From positions 30,690,001 through 30,754,000 of the forward strand of contig OX597829.1 of NCBI GenBank assembly GCA_951406725.2: a stretch of 64,000 nt of DNA. Direction: 5' to 3'. How positions within the stretch are numbered: position 1 is the stretch's first letter; every line of letters starts with the position of its first letter. The position numbers and the translations under genes were made by a program. The notes beneath the pieces were generated by a model that saw nothing but the letters and a program-made list of their open reading frames with translations, did no database searches and was not told the DNA's origin. The stretch comes from Octopus vulgaris (taxonomy: Eukaryota). Shown here piece after piece: positions 1 through 13,627 of this stretch.

Positions 1-600
1 CACGTTCGGATGGTTTGCTTATGTGCCACTGGCATTGGTACCACAAAACTACAAATTCCATTGATGTTCATCGATTTTGATTTGATTCTTTGATTTTTGA
101 TTTTCACTTGCCTTAACAGGTCTTCACAAGTAGAGTTATGTGTCCCAAGAAGGAAGGTATGCACAGGTGGACTGACTACGTCCCAGGTAGGGGCCATAGG
201 TTATGGCCTCACTTGTCCTGCTGGGTCTTCTTGCGCACAGCATACTTCCAAAGGTCTCGGTCTCTGGTCATTTCCTCGGTGAGACCTAAAGAGCGAAGGT
301 CGTTCTGCACCACCTCGTCCCAGGTTTTCCTGGGTCTACCTCTTTCACAGGTTCCCTCAACCGCTAGGGTGTGGCACTTTTTCACACAACTATCTTCATC
401 CATTCTTACTACGTGTCCATACCAGTGTAGACGCCTCTCTTGCACACCACATCTGATGCTTCTTAGGTCCAACTTTTCTCTCAAGGCACTTACACTCTGT
501 CAGGTATGAACACTGACATTACACATCCAACGGAGCATACTGGCTTCATTTCTTGCGAGCTTATGCATATCCTCAGCAGTCACGGCCCATGTTTCACTGC
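1..600 (-). mobile_element. RTE-clade LINE 3' fragment (ORF2 C-terminus plus 3' UTR)
   Basis: Minus ORF 209-484 reads RRLHWYGHVVRMDEDSCVKKC...GRPRKTWDEVV, the typical RTE ORF2 C-terminal motifs. It is near-identical to the copy at 43914-44400. Confidence 0.9.
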
Positions 601-640
601 CATTCGAAACATATTTGTGTATATATATATATTTTTTTCA

Positions 641-933
641 CGACCAGGCTATCAGATGTTGCTGCACATAGCTGGTCACAATGCGCTTTCGCATTGTTTT
701 AGCCTTCAAATGACACCACCCCGCTGGCTAAGCAAGCAGGCCAATAGAAGAAAGAGTGAGAGAAAGTTGTGGCGAAAGTGTACAGCAGAGATCGCCACCT
801 CCCCCTGCCAGAGCCTTGTGGAGCTTTTAGGTTTTTTTCGCTAAATAAACACGCAGAATGCCCAGTCTGGGAATCGAAATCCTGATCCTACGACCACAAG
901 TCCACTGCCCTAACCACTGGGCCATTGCACCTC

Positions 934-934
<1 letters not shown>
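641..934 (-). mobile_element. tRNA-derived SINE (family C)
   Basis: The minus strand starts GGAGGTGCAATGGCCCAGTGGTTAGGGCAG...GATTTCGATTCCCAG (A/B-box-like head). Related pieces occur at 8822-9040, 22733-22840 and 23840-23945. Confidence 0.7.
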
Positions 935-968
<34 letters not shown>

Positions 969-1147
969 GTATATATGGGTACAGGATGTCACCAACTGTG
1001 TAAGCAACATGAAGTACAAAAACAAACGAGTTAAATACGCAAACAGTGAGAGAAAAAATGGAAAACCAGACAAGTAACACATAGAATGACACTTCGTCAG
1101 TGGTTGGCTGTCCGTCTACTCCTTATTTCGAGCTTTCAATGACATAA

Positions 1148-1213
<66 letters not shown>

Positions 1214-1279
1214 TTTGAGATAAAAGCACTATTATGGAACTCAATCAGTGATAGACATAAACCAATACATAAATAACCA

Positions 1280-1311
<32 letters not shown>

Positions 1312-1674
1312 TTTTATATAACTTATAACTAGATCTCAAAGTATAAAATGAATGATAAATATATAATATAATATCTAAAAACACTGTACGTTTCATGGCT
1401 ACAATTAAATTCGAATTTCAATTAAGTTTAAATTCAATTAAAAATTATAGTCAATCTTCAGGTTAATGATAATAAGTTAAATAAATAAGCAAATAGAGTT
1501 AAACAATATTTAAGAAATAAATAATAATTATTCTTTTAGAACAACTCCATTAACTAAATTATAAACTTAAAACATTAGGATTATTTCCTATAACACATTT
1601 ATTATGTTAAATATTTAATTTTTAATTTTTTAAAAATTAAATATATATATATGTGTGTGTGTGTATGTATATAT

Positions 1675-2060
1675 ATGTGGCTGCAGAGACAGAAATAAGT
1701 GCCAATTCCCTAATAGGTGTAAAACAGAAAATGTAGTATACCAATATTACTTACTCACAAATAACCATACAAAATCATATATAGGCACCACAAAAAAACA
1801 AATAATGCTGAGATACAACTCACACCAATCTAGCTTTAGATATAAGTAAAGCAAATTCTACAGGGCTTAGTAGCTACAACTGGGAATTAAAGGATAAAAA
1901 AAAAAATTATAGTTTAAAATGGCACATGCTAGCAACCACCTCGTCTTATAACACTAAAAATATGCAGTGCGATCTCTGTTTAATAGAGTGCCTGAAAATA
2001 TTAATGGCTAAACTTCCTCTACTGAATAAAAAGCATGAAAATAATAATTTTTGTCTGTAT
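1675..2060 (+). mobile_element. Penelope-like element GIY-YIG endonuclease remnant (disrupted)
   Basis: CGCRDRNKCQFPNRCKTENVVYQ...SYIGTTKK...RYNSHQSSF, then (after a stop and frameshift) WELKD...KWHML...YN...CDLCLIE...LLNKKHE. This is the C-terminal GIY-YIG/Cys pattern of Penelope-like retroelements. Confidence 0.8.
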
Positions 2061-3019
2061 ATAGCCCAATTTGTCTTCTCTAAGTTTCGTTTTACCTGCT
2101 CTATCCTGTACATATCACTATCCTAGCCTCACCCCTACTAGTAGACTTACTCACTAGTGCAATACCTCCTTGTAACCACTTACACCAACCCAAACATACA
2201 TTAAAGATAAATACAAAATACCTAACACATTCTACGTTATCCTACTCCAAACCCACATAATAAACCAATAATTATGTACCTATTCTACATCCTATGCTAG
2301 TCTATGTATGTATATATCTCTTTTTAACCATGAACCACTTAAGATACTTACAAGCAACTTTCCCTTCCCACCCTCTTTTTCTATATGCACTCTTCATAAC
2401 AAAAGAGTATTATGGCAATGAGTCTCTCCGCATGCTAGATTGGACCAACGTTCGTTCCATATTTTACACCAATATATAGCTTCCAGTAATTAATACGAAC
2501 CACCTATAACCTTTATTTCGATAGACACCTAGGTCATTATAATAGCACTGGTTTTCCCTAATTAAAGTTAGCTCCCTTACATTATGCCACCGGTGAAACC
2601 CCAGAAGTCACAGGCACATGCAAGACATGCCACTGAATAAACATGAGACCACAGGTTCAACTAACTTATATTCTTCATCCACTTCATAACGGACTTAACG
2701 AACTGTGAACCCAATATAATGTAAGACATTCAAATCTTTGATTTTCTCTTTTCCGATGTAACCGTTGATCTTTCACTCTTCTTCTCTCTACCTCTGACAT
2801 CTTCATTTTGATGATGTCTACCATTAGCAACAAGGCAAAAATATAATATATATTTTCCTCACCATGGTAAACAGAAACGATTGTAAACAACTTCACTCTC
2901 ACTACCTTTGGATATCCTTGTTGCTTATTTTGATTATAATCACTCCATTTGATTTATATGGATAATACCATACCAAATTCTGGTGCCTTTAACTTAAGTA
3001 CCATATTCATCTGAATCTA

Positions 3020-3604
3020 AATTATATATATATATTTATATATATATATATATATATATTTATATGTATGTATATAAGTATACATATGTATTTATATGTA
3101 TGTATATAAGTATACATATGTATTTATATGTATGTATATAAGTATATGTATTTATATAAGTATATGCATTTATATGTATGTGTATAAGTATATGTATATA
3201 TATAAGTATATGTGTTTATATGTATGTATATATACATATATGTATGTATATATATATACATATATGTATGTATATATATATATTTGTGTATATATATATG
3301 TGTTTAAATATGTATATGTATATATATATATTTGTGTATATATATATGTATGTTTATATATGTATATGTGTGTATATATATATATATGTGTATATATGTA
3401 TGTGTATATATGTATGTATGTGTATATATATATGTATGTGTATATATGTATATATATATGTATATGTATATATGTATATGTATGTATATATATGTATGTA
3501 TGTGTGTATGTATGTATGTATGTATATATATATTTATATATGTATGTATATATGAATATATACATATGTAAATATGTGTCTATATACATGTATATACGTA
3601 TGTA

Positions 3605-3657
<53 letters not shown>

Positions 3658-3718
3658 GGATAAATGGAGTTAAATGCAGTTGTTATTCAAATTCTTTGCA
3701 TGTATATATACGTATGTG

Positions 3719-3752
<34 letters not shown>

Positions 3753-3784
3753 TATGTGTGTGTATATATATATATATATATATC

Positions 3785-3849
<65 letters not shown>

Positions 3850-3868
3850 GTGTGTTTATGTATGTGTG
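3020..3868. repeat. Compound (TA)n/(TATG)n/(TG)n microsatellite
   Basis: Directly visible; it produces the spurious Y/I/M/V ORFs. Confidence 0.97.
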
Positions 3869-5489
3869 ATACACCACAAATTGTTGAAATTTGTGAATAT
3901 ATAAACTATAATTAAGTATTAAGAAAACAGAACGAACTTGCAGATACAAAAGACAAGTAGGACAGCTAAGTAGAGATTCTGCTGCAGGAAGAATGTAGAA
4001 ATACTGTTGGTTAATTTAGGAAACTTAAGACTGATTCATTAAGCATTATGAAACAAATATGCAAATACCAAAAATAAACAGAACAAGTGCAGCTCATGTC
4101 AAATGATTTACAAAGTGAATCTTATAAAGTGGGACAAAATCAACAACTTCAAATGCTTAAGTGTTATTCACAAAAATGTTACTCACAAAAGATATATATA
4201 TACAAAAACATGTTCTGTATTATATAGTGAGTTTGTGTTGCATTTCTAATATATATTAACCCATAAAGTGCTGGGATTTGCACTTACATAGCATGAACTG
4301 CTGAGAACATTTTAGGAAAATGAGATTACCATGCACACATAGAAAAGAAAAAGTAGTTAAAATATCTTCTTAGTATATAATGGCAAGTTTTATATCATCT
4401 GAAAAATCATTAGTTGAACTGTTAGTCCTTTTGCATTCTGTGGGGTATCAGTGCTTTTGAGTAACATTAGACCCCAACAAATGCCCATAAATTAAATGCA
4501 CCTATTTGGGCCATGGTCGTGGCTTGTTGACCTGTGCCTGATGGCCATGATCGAGACCCATCACACTTTATGTGTCAATTCATGGCAGTACAATTCCTAA
4601 AATGTATTTGTAAGTTAGTATTTACATTTCCTATAAAAAGTATCAAAATAAACTCTGCACTACTTCACTTTTATTCAAAGGACTGTTTTCTCTGCACAGC
4701 CTCGTCTAACATTCCCATGAAAAATAAAGAACACCAGACTTTCAACATCATTCTCATTTGTGTATCATTGTAAACATGTCGCTATTGATAATGTTAAGTT
4801 CACAGTAGGGTAAATACACCCTAATGTCTGGAGACGATGGGTAGTCAGTATGGTGACATACAAATCAGTGAAGCTTTTAGGATTATTATTATTATTAGTT
4901 TAAGGGGGGGGGGTGTTAATTTACGATGAGAATTACAACCTTTCAGGCGAAGCCCTGCTTTGGAGATTGGTATAGTGCCAGTTTGGTAAAGCAGATTTCT
5001 TGCACAGGGATTAATTTGAATAAGAGAATTGGTGTATTGGTGTCTGATCCATTGGTTCAGAAAATGTGGAATGGTTTTACAATCAAGCTACTTATAGCCA
5101 ATTAAGAGAAGGTGGCATGTTAGTGGGGAAGTGATGGTGCAAATGAAGAACTGTAAGCCAGAGTAATATAATAGTAACAGATGGAGAAGAATTAACATTT
5201 AAGAAATATATATATCTTTTATTTGTTTGTCATTGGATTGGAGCACTGCTTTGAAGGGTTTTAGTCAAATGAATAGACTCCAGTACTTATTTTTTAAAAC
5301 TTGGTACTTCTATCAGTGTGTGTGCATGCACATTTGTTATTTTGATCACCATTAAACATATTTGACACCCTCACTTTATTCATACAGTTGAGCAATATAA
5401 ACCTATAATACACACACATCTTTTATCTTTTATATGTTTCAGTCATTAGACTGTGGACATACCGTGTCACTCCTTTTAAGAATTCTTTT

Positions 5490-5620
5490 ACTGGGCTTAG
5501 AAAAACTGAAAGACTGCTGCAAGTGTATGTATCTGAGAGGAGAATATGTTGAATAAAATCATAATTAACTGATCTTGTATTTTCTTTTATTCAAAGCCAG
5601 GAGTTATTCAGTACCCCCTT
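5490..5620 (+). mobile_element. mariner transposon 3' end fragment
   Basis: Translates GLEKLKDCCKCMYLRGEYVE*, matching the mariner C-terminal GI.KL..RW.KC...G.YVE motif. Confidence 0.6.
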
Positions 5621-5641
5621 GTGTGTGTGTGTGTATCATTG

Positions 5642-5682
<41 letters not shown>

Positions 5683-5796
5683 GTAAATAAAAGATGGAAT
5701 ATACGAGAATTTATTATTAATTTATTAACAATAACTGTGAAAGTGACTGTGCTTTACCAGTAGGCTGCCAGGTGTAAGCCGTTCATTTCATTATCC

Positions 5797-5858
<62 letters not shown>

Positions 5859-7032
5859 TACGCGCACACATTATTTGCATACATATATATAGATATAAAC
5901 TCACACACACACTCTCTCTCTCTCACACACATACTCAGCACTTCTGTAAGTGTAAAGAATAACATTAGCAAATAGGATTAATGTTTTGATTGAAAAAAAA
6001 AGGAAAAAAAAGAATCATCAGTTCCCTTCTGTTACAAAGAGAATATATGAGGTTTTGTTCTATAAAATAAGAATCCTGAACTTCTGCTACATAGGAAGAA
6101 AAGTAGAAAATATAAAAAAAACAAAAAAAACTACTAGGTTGTGACATTTGTATTCTAAATTGCATATTGTTCTAACCTCTGGTCTTCTATCATTCCTCTC
6201 TCCCTGTCTTGCCCTCTCCTTCCCTTGTCTGTCTCTGTATCTGTTTTGTTGACATGCTTTGAGTAAATATCAAATCTATAATTTGTATTGGTGTGTATTA
6301 GCAGATGTATGTGTTGATACTTAGCAGATGTGTAGAATGTAAGTCCCCGAAAAAAAAAAAAAAAAGGAAGCAGAAAATGGAGAAGCTCACTACTGAACTG
6401 GAATCAATAAAATATCATAATGGTCTGGTGTCTTAATATCCATTTCGAAACTTTACTGAATCTTTTATAGATTTTTACATCCTGGATATCATTGATTTCT
6501 AAAAAAAAGATTCGACAAAAGTGCGTCTGTGTTACTTAAGCTTGTATAATAAGATTGGTAGAATTGTTAGAGCATCAAACAAAAATGCCTTCTGGTATTA
6601 TTTCTTGTAGTTCTTTACTTTCCAAGATCAACATTACCTTTCATCCCTCTAGGGTTGATAAGATACCAGATTAATACTGGGATCAAGAGTTTTGACAAAT
6701 CCCCTTTCCCAGGTTTTGGGCTAGAAGCAATTATTAATTTCGCTGTCACTTCACCTTCCTTGGATTTGATTTTATACTTTATTACTAACAGTAATGTCTT
6801 CAGAATTTCTGTTAGCTTTTCTTTGATGTCTCTTGCTGCCCCTCCTAGTACCTCTACCTAAACTAACAAAATTTAATAACGATAATTTCTGGTTTTGGCA
6901 GAAGGCTTGCATTTTGAAAAATGGTAAGCTGATTACAATGGTCCTAGTACCTAAATGATATCTCTCTTGCTGTCACTAAAAGGGTGAAAGGCAAAGTCAG
7001 CCTTTATAGAATTTGTGCTCAAAATGTAAATA

Positions 7033-7261
7033 AAGGCATCGAGCTGGCAGAAACATTAGTCTGGTAAAATGCTTGTTGGTATTTCATCTGTCTTTACGTT
7101 CTGAGTTCAAAGTCCACCGAGGTCGACTTAGCCTTTCATCCTTTTGAGATCGATTAAATAAGTACCAGTTACACACTGGGGTCATTGTAATCGACTTCAT
7201 CCCTTTGTCTGTCCTTGTTTGTCCCCTCTATGTTTAGCCCCTTGTGGGCAATAAAGAAATA
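7033..7261 (+). mobile_element. tRNA-derived SINE (family B) inserted into an older antisense copy of the same family
   Basis: GAGCTGGCAGAAACATTAG...GAGTTCAAAGTCCACC...GCCTTTCATCCTTTTGAGATCGAT...GCCCCTTGTGGGCAATAAAGAAAT. Flanked by the direct repeat AAAATGTAAATA (7021-7032, 7262-7273). Further copies on the minus strand at about 7380-7600, 8210-8420, 8470-8610, 14010-14210 and 60980-61155. Confidence 0.8.
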
Positions 7262-7626
7262 AAAATGTAAATAGCTAGAAGAAACGTCACTAAGCATTTT
7301 GTCCAATGTGCTAATGATTCTGCCAGCTCACTGCTTTCATACTACTACTACTACTACTACTAATACTAATAATAATAATTGTTTCTACTATAGGCTCAAG
7401 GCCTGAAACTTCAGGGAAGGGTGTAAGTTGATGACATCAACTCCAGTACTCAGCTGGTACTTTTAATTTATCAACCCTGAAAGGATGAAGGGCAAAGTCA
7501 ACCTTGGTGGAATTTGAACTCAGAACATGGAGACAGACGAAATACCACTTAGCATTTCACCTGGCATGCTAATGATTCTGCTAGCTCACTGCTTTCATAA
7601 TAGTAATAATAATAATAATAGTAATA

Positions 7627-8035
7627 AATGCCCTGATGCAATACCAGACAGTAACTCTCATGGCTTTTGATCTTAACTGATTGGAAGTGTTATCATGTAC
7701 ATTGTTTTGTCTTGGTATAAAAGATGAGCTACAGCAAATATTCTGCTCAATACCACAGATTTGCTTGTCAGTTGTTTGACCATAACCAGTTGAGCTTGTC
7801 CCTTAGTGGCTGACGATATGTGCACCACTGATCATGAGCAGAAGTAGTGGGGGAGCATCATAGCCATGTGTTGAGAGGGATTCCTTGGGGTTTGAATAAT
7901 TCACATCTGGAAACATGGGTGTTTCATTCATCATCTTTAAACACCCCCTATTCAGGGATCTTTTGAGCGGGATGGGCTCTTCGACATGACAAGAAACTCT
8001 GAGCCCCACCTGCAAATTTGCGGAAGTGGGTTTGT
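7627..8035 (-). mobile_element. Probable non-LTR retrotransposon 3' UTR ending in an (ATT)n tail
   Basis: A GC-richer block abuts a (TAA)n run. It resembles Dong/R4-type 3' tails, but no coding motif is visible. Confidence 0.35.
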
Positions 8036-8440
8036 CAATCACATTGGCCCCAGTACTTGACTAGTATTTTATTTTATTGACTCTGAAAGACTTTTTATTT
8101 TAAGTTCAAATTGGCATAGCTTGAAAAAATTCTACTTTACATTTAGTCCAATGTGCTAAAGATTTTTACCAGTTTGCTATTCTAATAATGAGAATAATAA
8201 TAATAATCCTTTCTACTATAGGCACAAGGCCTGAAATTTGGGGAAGGGGGAATAGTTAATTATATCGACCCAGTACTCAACTGGTACTTAATTTATTAAC
8301 CCTGAAAGGATGAAAGGGAAAGTTGACCTTGGCGGAATTTGAATTCAGAATGTAGTGGCTGACAAAATAGTGCTAAACATTTTGCCTGGCATGCTAACGA
8401 TTCTGCCAGCTTACCACCCATGATAATAATGATAATAGTA

Positions 8441-8472
<32 letters not shown>

Positions 8473-9637
8473 TTCAAATTTTGGCATAAGGCCAGCAATT
8501 TTGTGGGAGTGGGTAAGTCAATTACATCAACCCCAGTGCTCAATTGGTACTTATTTTACCGACCCCTATAGGATGGAAGGCAAAGTTTTGGCAGGATTTG
8601 AACACAGAATGTAAAGACCCTGAACACAGAATGTAAAGTATTTGTCCAAAATTCTAATGATTTTATAAGACCACCACCTCATAATGATTAATAATGAAAA
8701 TAATGTATAATAATACTATGATTTTATATTTCTGACTTTTAGGCCCAAGGTCTCAAGTTTTTTGGGAAAAGTACATTCAGTTAAACTGACTCATCCTCTG
8801 AATGTACTTATTGTATTAGAGTGGAGGCATGTGGCTTAGTGGTTAGGGTGTTGGACTCATGATTATAAGATTGTGTTTTCGATTCCTGAACTGGGCAACA
8901 TGTGATCTTGAGCAAAAGACTTCATTTCATGTTGCTCCAGTCCACTCAAGTGATGAAAATGAGTAATCCCATGATGGACTGTGAGAATATAGATACCATG
9001 AAAACTGGGAAACTGGTCCTTTGAGACTGGATGATTCAGGAAGGATCTTTATCCTTTTTTTTTTTTTGTTTTTTGTCTTTATTGTATTAGAAACCAAAGT
9101 TACCCCAGCTGAATTTAAACTTGGAATATTCTCTGCCATGGCAGCCTCATCAAGGGGGATATTGTAGGTTTCTCTATATTATGATACTTTGCAGATTGAT
9201 AAACAAAATCTGTTGAAAGGTAGATGAATTCGATAGAGCCAAAAATCATCCACAATGAGTCTGTTTGGCTGTGCATAATAATGTGTATATCAGGCTACTA
9301 TGATATTTGCAATAGACTGCCAGATGTCCACTGTGTTCTTCTGGACTATGGTCAAGAGAAGGGTTATGATTTGTGAAGGATAAAGTACCAGTATAGCAAC
9401 TGGCAGAGTATAACCTGTCTCAGCTAAGTGGGTAGACAAGTTCCTTAGGTTTTGATAACAAGTGCAAGAGTGGCTATGTTTTATGTAGCTTGCTTACCAA
9501 CCACATAATTCCAGGTTCAGTCCCACTGTATAGTACCTTGGGCAAATGTCTTCTACTATAGCCTCAGGCTGACCAAAGCCTTGTGAGTGGATTTGGTGGA
9601 TGGAAATTGAAAGAAGCCTGTCGTATATATGTATATA

Positions 9638-11036
9638 CAGGGTGTTCCAAAAGAAACAGTGCAGTAGGAATATGCTAATAACCCAAAGAAACAAAACTCA
9701 CAGAAAAATACTATTTATTGCAAATATTCACAAATTCAATACCTTATCAACTAAAGTACGATTGAGGATTGACTCGTGCAGTAAGATATGATCTACAATA
9801 ACTGTTGAAAGTGTGCGCCATTCACCTGCAGACATAAACGAGCGCGACGCTGCGTGTTTTGAAAAACACACTCAAGTTCATCAGGTTTGATGTTTTGAAT
9901 AACACTTGTTATTTTCTGCTTCAGTTCATCCGTAGTTCGAGGATTGTCTGCATACACTGAGTCTTTCAATTTGCCCCACAAATAAAAGTCAGGAGGTGTT
10001 AAATCCGGTGATCGAGGTGGCCACAAACCACGAAAGATCACACGATCCCCAAAGACATCACCAACTGCAGCCATACTGACACGAGCCGTATGTGCAGTTG
10101 CACCATCTTGCTGGAACCAGCCTTGTTGCTTTTCTTGCTCCGTCAGTTGATCAAAAAATGGCTCCAGGATGTTATGAATGTAACACTCAGATGTGATGGT
10201 GTTTTCAAAAATATAGGTCCAATTATACGCCGCCTTGACAAAGCACACCAAACACCAACTTTTTGATCGTGGAGTGGTTTCTGAAACAGAGCATGAGGAT
10301 TTATTGTAGACCACACTCTAGAGTTCTGACTGTTCATGTACCCGGACAAATGGAACCATGCTTCATCACTGAAGAATGTATGGTTTAAAATGTTTTCACC
10401 TTTCTCTAGAATAAAATTTTCAAACCACCGACAGAAGAGTACGCGTTTTTCTGAATCCTGAGGCTTCAGTTCATGAACAACATGCACTTTATATGGAAAG
10501 AATTTAAGTTGATGCACTGCTCGGTGAGTTGATGTTAGAGATATCCTAGTTTCTTGAGACAAACGCCTCAAAGACTTTCGTGGGCTCCTCTGCAGTTTGT
10601 TGGTAACATTCTGTAAGACTGTATCTGTAACGACTTTTGGGCGGCCACTTTTGGGTTTGTCTTGAACACTTCCAGTTTTTTTGAACTTATGCAACAAAGC
10701 GGAAACACAATTTCGATGCGGCAAACGTTCTGCACCAAATTTTTCTTGAAATGACTTTTGCACTTCTTTTGTGTATTTGCCACCATCTCGGAAAACATTT
10801 TCAACAATAAATATCCTTTCTTGTAAGGTAAGCACCATTTTCAAAGGGTCCCTGAAACAAAAGAATATTTAATATAAATATCTAAAATTTAGATATCTAA
10901 ATTATCTAAATATAATATTTAAAATCTTTTGGGAAAACATTTTCAACTATAAATATCCTTTCTTGTGTTCAGTGCACTGTTTCTTTATGTATACCTATGA
11001 AAATGTTCAGTGCACTGTTTCTTTTGGAACACCCTG
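9638..11036 (-). mobile_element. Near-intact Tc1/mariner-superfamily transposon (rosa/DD41D-like, here DD38D)
   Basis: Perfect 26-bp TIRs CAGGGTGTTCCAAAAGAAACAGTGCA (9638-9663 / 11011-11036) with TA on both sides. The transposase lies in two overlapping minus ORFs. Confidence 0.95.
9793..10838 (-). pseudogene. DDD transposase with a single frameshift
   Basis: HTH region, FFSDEAWFHLSG, WFQQDGATAHT and WPPRSPDLTPPDFYLWG are present. The frame changes at the A5 run 10207-10211 (GPIFL vs expected GPIFFENTI); adding one base gives about 348 aa. Confidence 0.9.
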
Positions 11037-13627
11037 TATATATGTATATGTTTGTGTGTCTGTGTTTGTCACCCTACCATTGCTTGACAACTGATGTTAG
11101 TGTGTTGATGTCCCTGTAACTTAGCATTTCAGCAAAAGAGACTGATAGAATAAGTACTAGGCTTACAAAGAATGTCCTGGGGGCGATTTGTTTGGCTAAA
11201 GGTGATGCTCCAGCATGGCCACAGTCAAATGACTGAAACGAATGAAAGAATACATGAATCAGCCTAGAGATAGTCTCAATGAAACCACTGACCACATGTG
11301 GGTCAAGCCTGCTATAAGGGGAAGAGGGTCACTCTAGCCATGGTTAGTGACCTTCATGGAGATAGTATCTCAAAACTGTAGTTTTGAAATCATTATCCTC
11401 CTTCAAGTGCATTATTGAAACAGAAAAAAAAAAGAACTAGACTAGAATTTCCTAGTAAGTGCTCTGCTGTGCATCAGTGCAGATCTGGTCATCATTCTAG
11501 TTCTACTGTGAAAAAAATTAAGTAGAGAAAGGAAATCAACAAGACAACAAAAGAATGTTATCAAAGAAGTGAACCAAGGAATTGAGGATTCTGGTAAAGA
11601 ATGCTGGACATTTGGAATGGTGTGTGAGTATTTAATCTCAGTGAACAAACAGCTAGGAGGGCAAGTATTATGTACCAAGAATTATTATATCTGACTTTAA
11701 AATTGAAGAAATACAGATCAATATAAATAGAAATATAGATCAATCCAGAATTACAGGAACCAACATGTCAAAACTAATAACACCTCTGAGAATCAGGAGA
11801 ATGCAACCATTGAAACAAGAATGCAACACTTACCATTGAAACAAGCACAAGAAGCAATGTACAAGAAAATAGGGAATTTGATGTGGATAATCTTGATGAA
11901 AAACAATTGGAGATCCATGAAAAACTAAGGTAGAATCTGAAGGAGCCTAGAATCAGTTAATTTGTGGACAGTGCGTTGAACTAAAGTTAAGGAAAAAATA
12001 TCAAAAGTAAACAGTGTGATTGATAATATTACTTGTGGAAACATTAATAATATCATTATATTGATATTAGTGGGTGCCAATGTAGTTGTCTAATGGTTGG
12101 AGAAGGACAAAAAAAAAAATTACTAACCCTGATGGAAAATGGTAGATACTAATGAAGATTAGTATCTACCTTTTTCATTAGTGGTAGGCAGGTGATACTG
12201 GAGGGATGGAAGGCAGGTGATACTGGAGGGATGGAAGGCAAAGTTGACCTTAGTGGAATTTTAACTCAAAAATGTAAATTTCAAATTTCACTAGAGCAGA
12301 ATAATTTTGTAGACTTTTGATGTAGTCCTAAATTTGGGTGGTGGACTCTAGTTAATTAAAGTTGATTTATGATTATTATATTATTATAACTGGCTGCATC
12401 TATGAAAATTCCACATATTTTGAAAACTAAGATAATTGGAAGTTCCTAGAGCACCATGAAATATATAATTTATTCTGAGATTTTATTTTTTGAAGCACTT
12501 GATTCTTAAGATGGTGTAAAGTCCTCATAGGTAGTGTGAAAGGCATAATCCTAGGGGAGAACATTTTTGAAAGCCATATTCTTTGTTAACACCTGTCACT
12601 TCTGTTCCCTCAAGAGTAGTTGTTTATCATTTTTGTCTTTGCTAAGAAGTAAATTTGCTTTAGAAAGAGCTCCATACAATTGTCCATGAAAAAAATATTG
12701 GTTTATTTATATTCAGCTTTTGAGTTTGTGTTTTAGAAATTACTGAAGATATGTTGAAAGAATTATGTAGATAGTAATCATATAACTCTTAATCATAGAA
12801 TAAAATTGAAGGTATTTATCTATTATGCTATTCTGAACTACATTATTATTTTATATCACAGAAAAGTGGACAAGGCTGGATGTTAATCCACTGTCTCTAT
12901 GAACCAAGCAATGTAGCTGTCACACTGAGATGTGGATTTTCTCCCCCCGCTCTCTCTCTCTCTATATATATATGCATAGATCTGTCTGTGTTATTATAAA
13001 GCCTGCTTTCTAACCTTGTGGTCTTCAGGACAAGTGACTTCTACAGCCATGAATCAACCAAAGACTTGTGAGTGATTTAGTAGACGGAAGCTGAAAGATG
13101 ATGATATATATAAATTTTAAATATTTTTGTATCAGTCAGATGAATATGATAAATTGTTATTGATGTCATTCAATAATATTTCAGTCAGTTTTACAAATGA
13201 ATGTTTGAATAATAGGTTTTATCTTTAGTTTTCCTCTAGAGCATCACTTAGAGCAGAATTATTTTGTAGATTTTTGATGTAGTCACAAAGTCCCAAATTT
13301 TGGGTGTTAATTAAGATTTCTCTCCAATATATAACTGGTACTTATATTATTGACCTCGGAAGGTTGAAAGAATAACCCTAGAATTTTACATAATAATGAT
13401 GATAATTGTTTTAGCAATGCATATAATTTGCACATAATTAGTTGATGAAATCAACTCCAGTGCTTTACTGGTACAATAACCTCAAAAACATGAAAGGCAA
13501 AATTGACCTTGACTGGATTTGATCTCAGAATGTGGAGCTATAACTAAATACTACTAAAGCTTTTTGTTCACTGCTATAACAATTCTACCAATCCCTCGAT
13601 TAGGTAAATAATAATAATAATAATAAT

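Larger units (their letters stand above)
9465..11250 (+). mobile_element. tRNA-derived SINE (family A) split by a DNA transposon
   Basis: The 5' half (...GGTTCAGTCCCACTG...CTTGGGCAAATGTCTTCTACTATAGCC...GAAGCCTGTCG) lies at 9465-9625. The 3' half (...TAACTTAGC...GATAGAATAAGTACTAGGC...CAGCATGGCCACAGTCAAATGACTGAAAC) lies at 11050-11250. Confidence 0.85.

Noticed and set aside
97-509. Plus-strand ORFs repeated at 43914-44264
   Set aside because: Antisense frames of the RTE LINE, not a duplicated gene.
860-934. tRNA-like sequence (also at 8822 and at the family A SINE heads)
   Set aside because: SINE heads continuous with SINE bodies; no complete cloverleaf could be drawn.
3096-3949. Y/I/M/V/C-rich ORFs
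   Set aside because: Microsatellite artefacts.
4260-4800. Possible P-element-like transposase remnant on the minus strand
   Set aside because: Only vague similarity; no motif could be read with confidence.
12186-12240. 25-bp tandem duplication
   Set aside because: Local slippage inside a decayed SINE; no functional signal.
12737-12811. Possible upstream exon (AG...GT) of the NXF-like gene
   Set aside because: Stops in all three frames, weak donor, no NXF motif.
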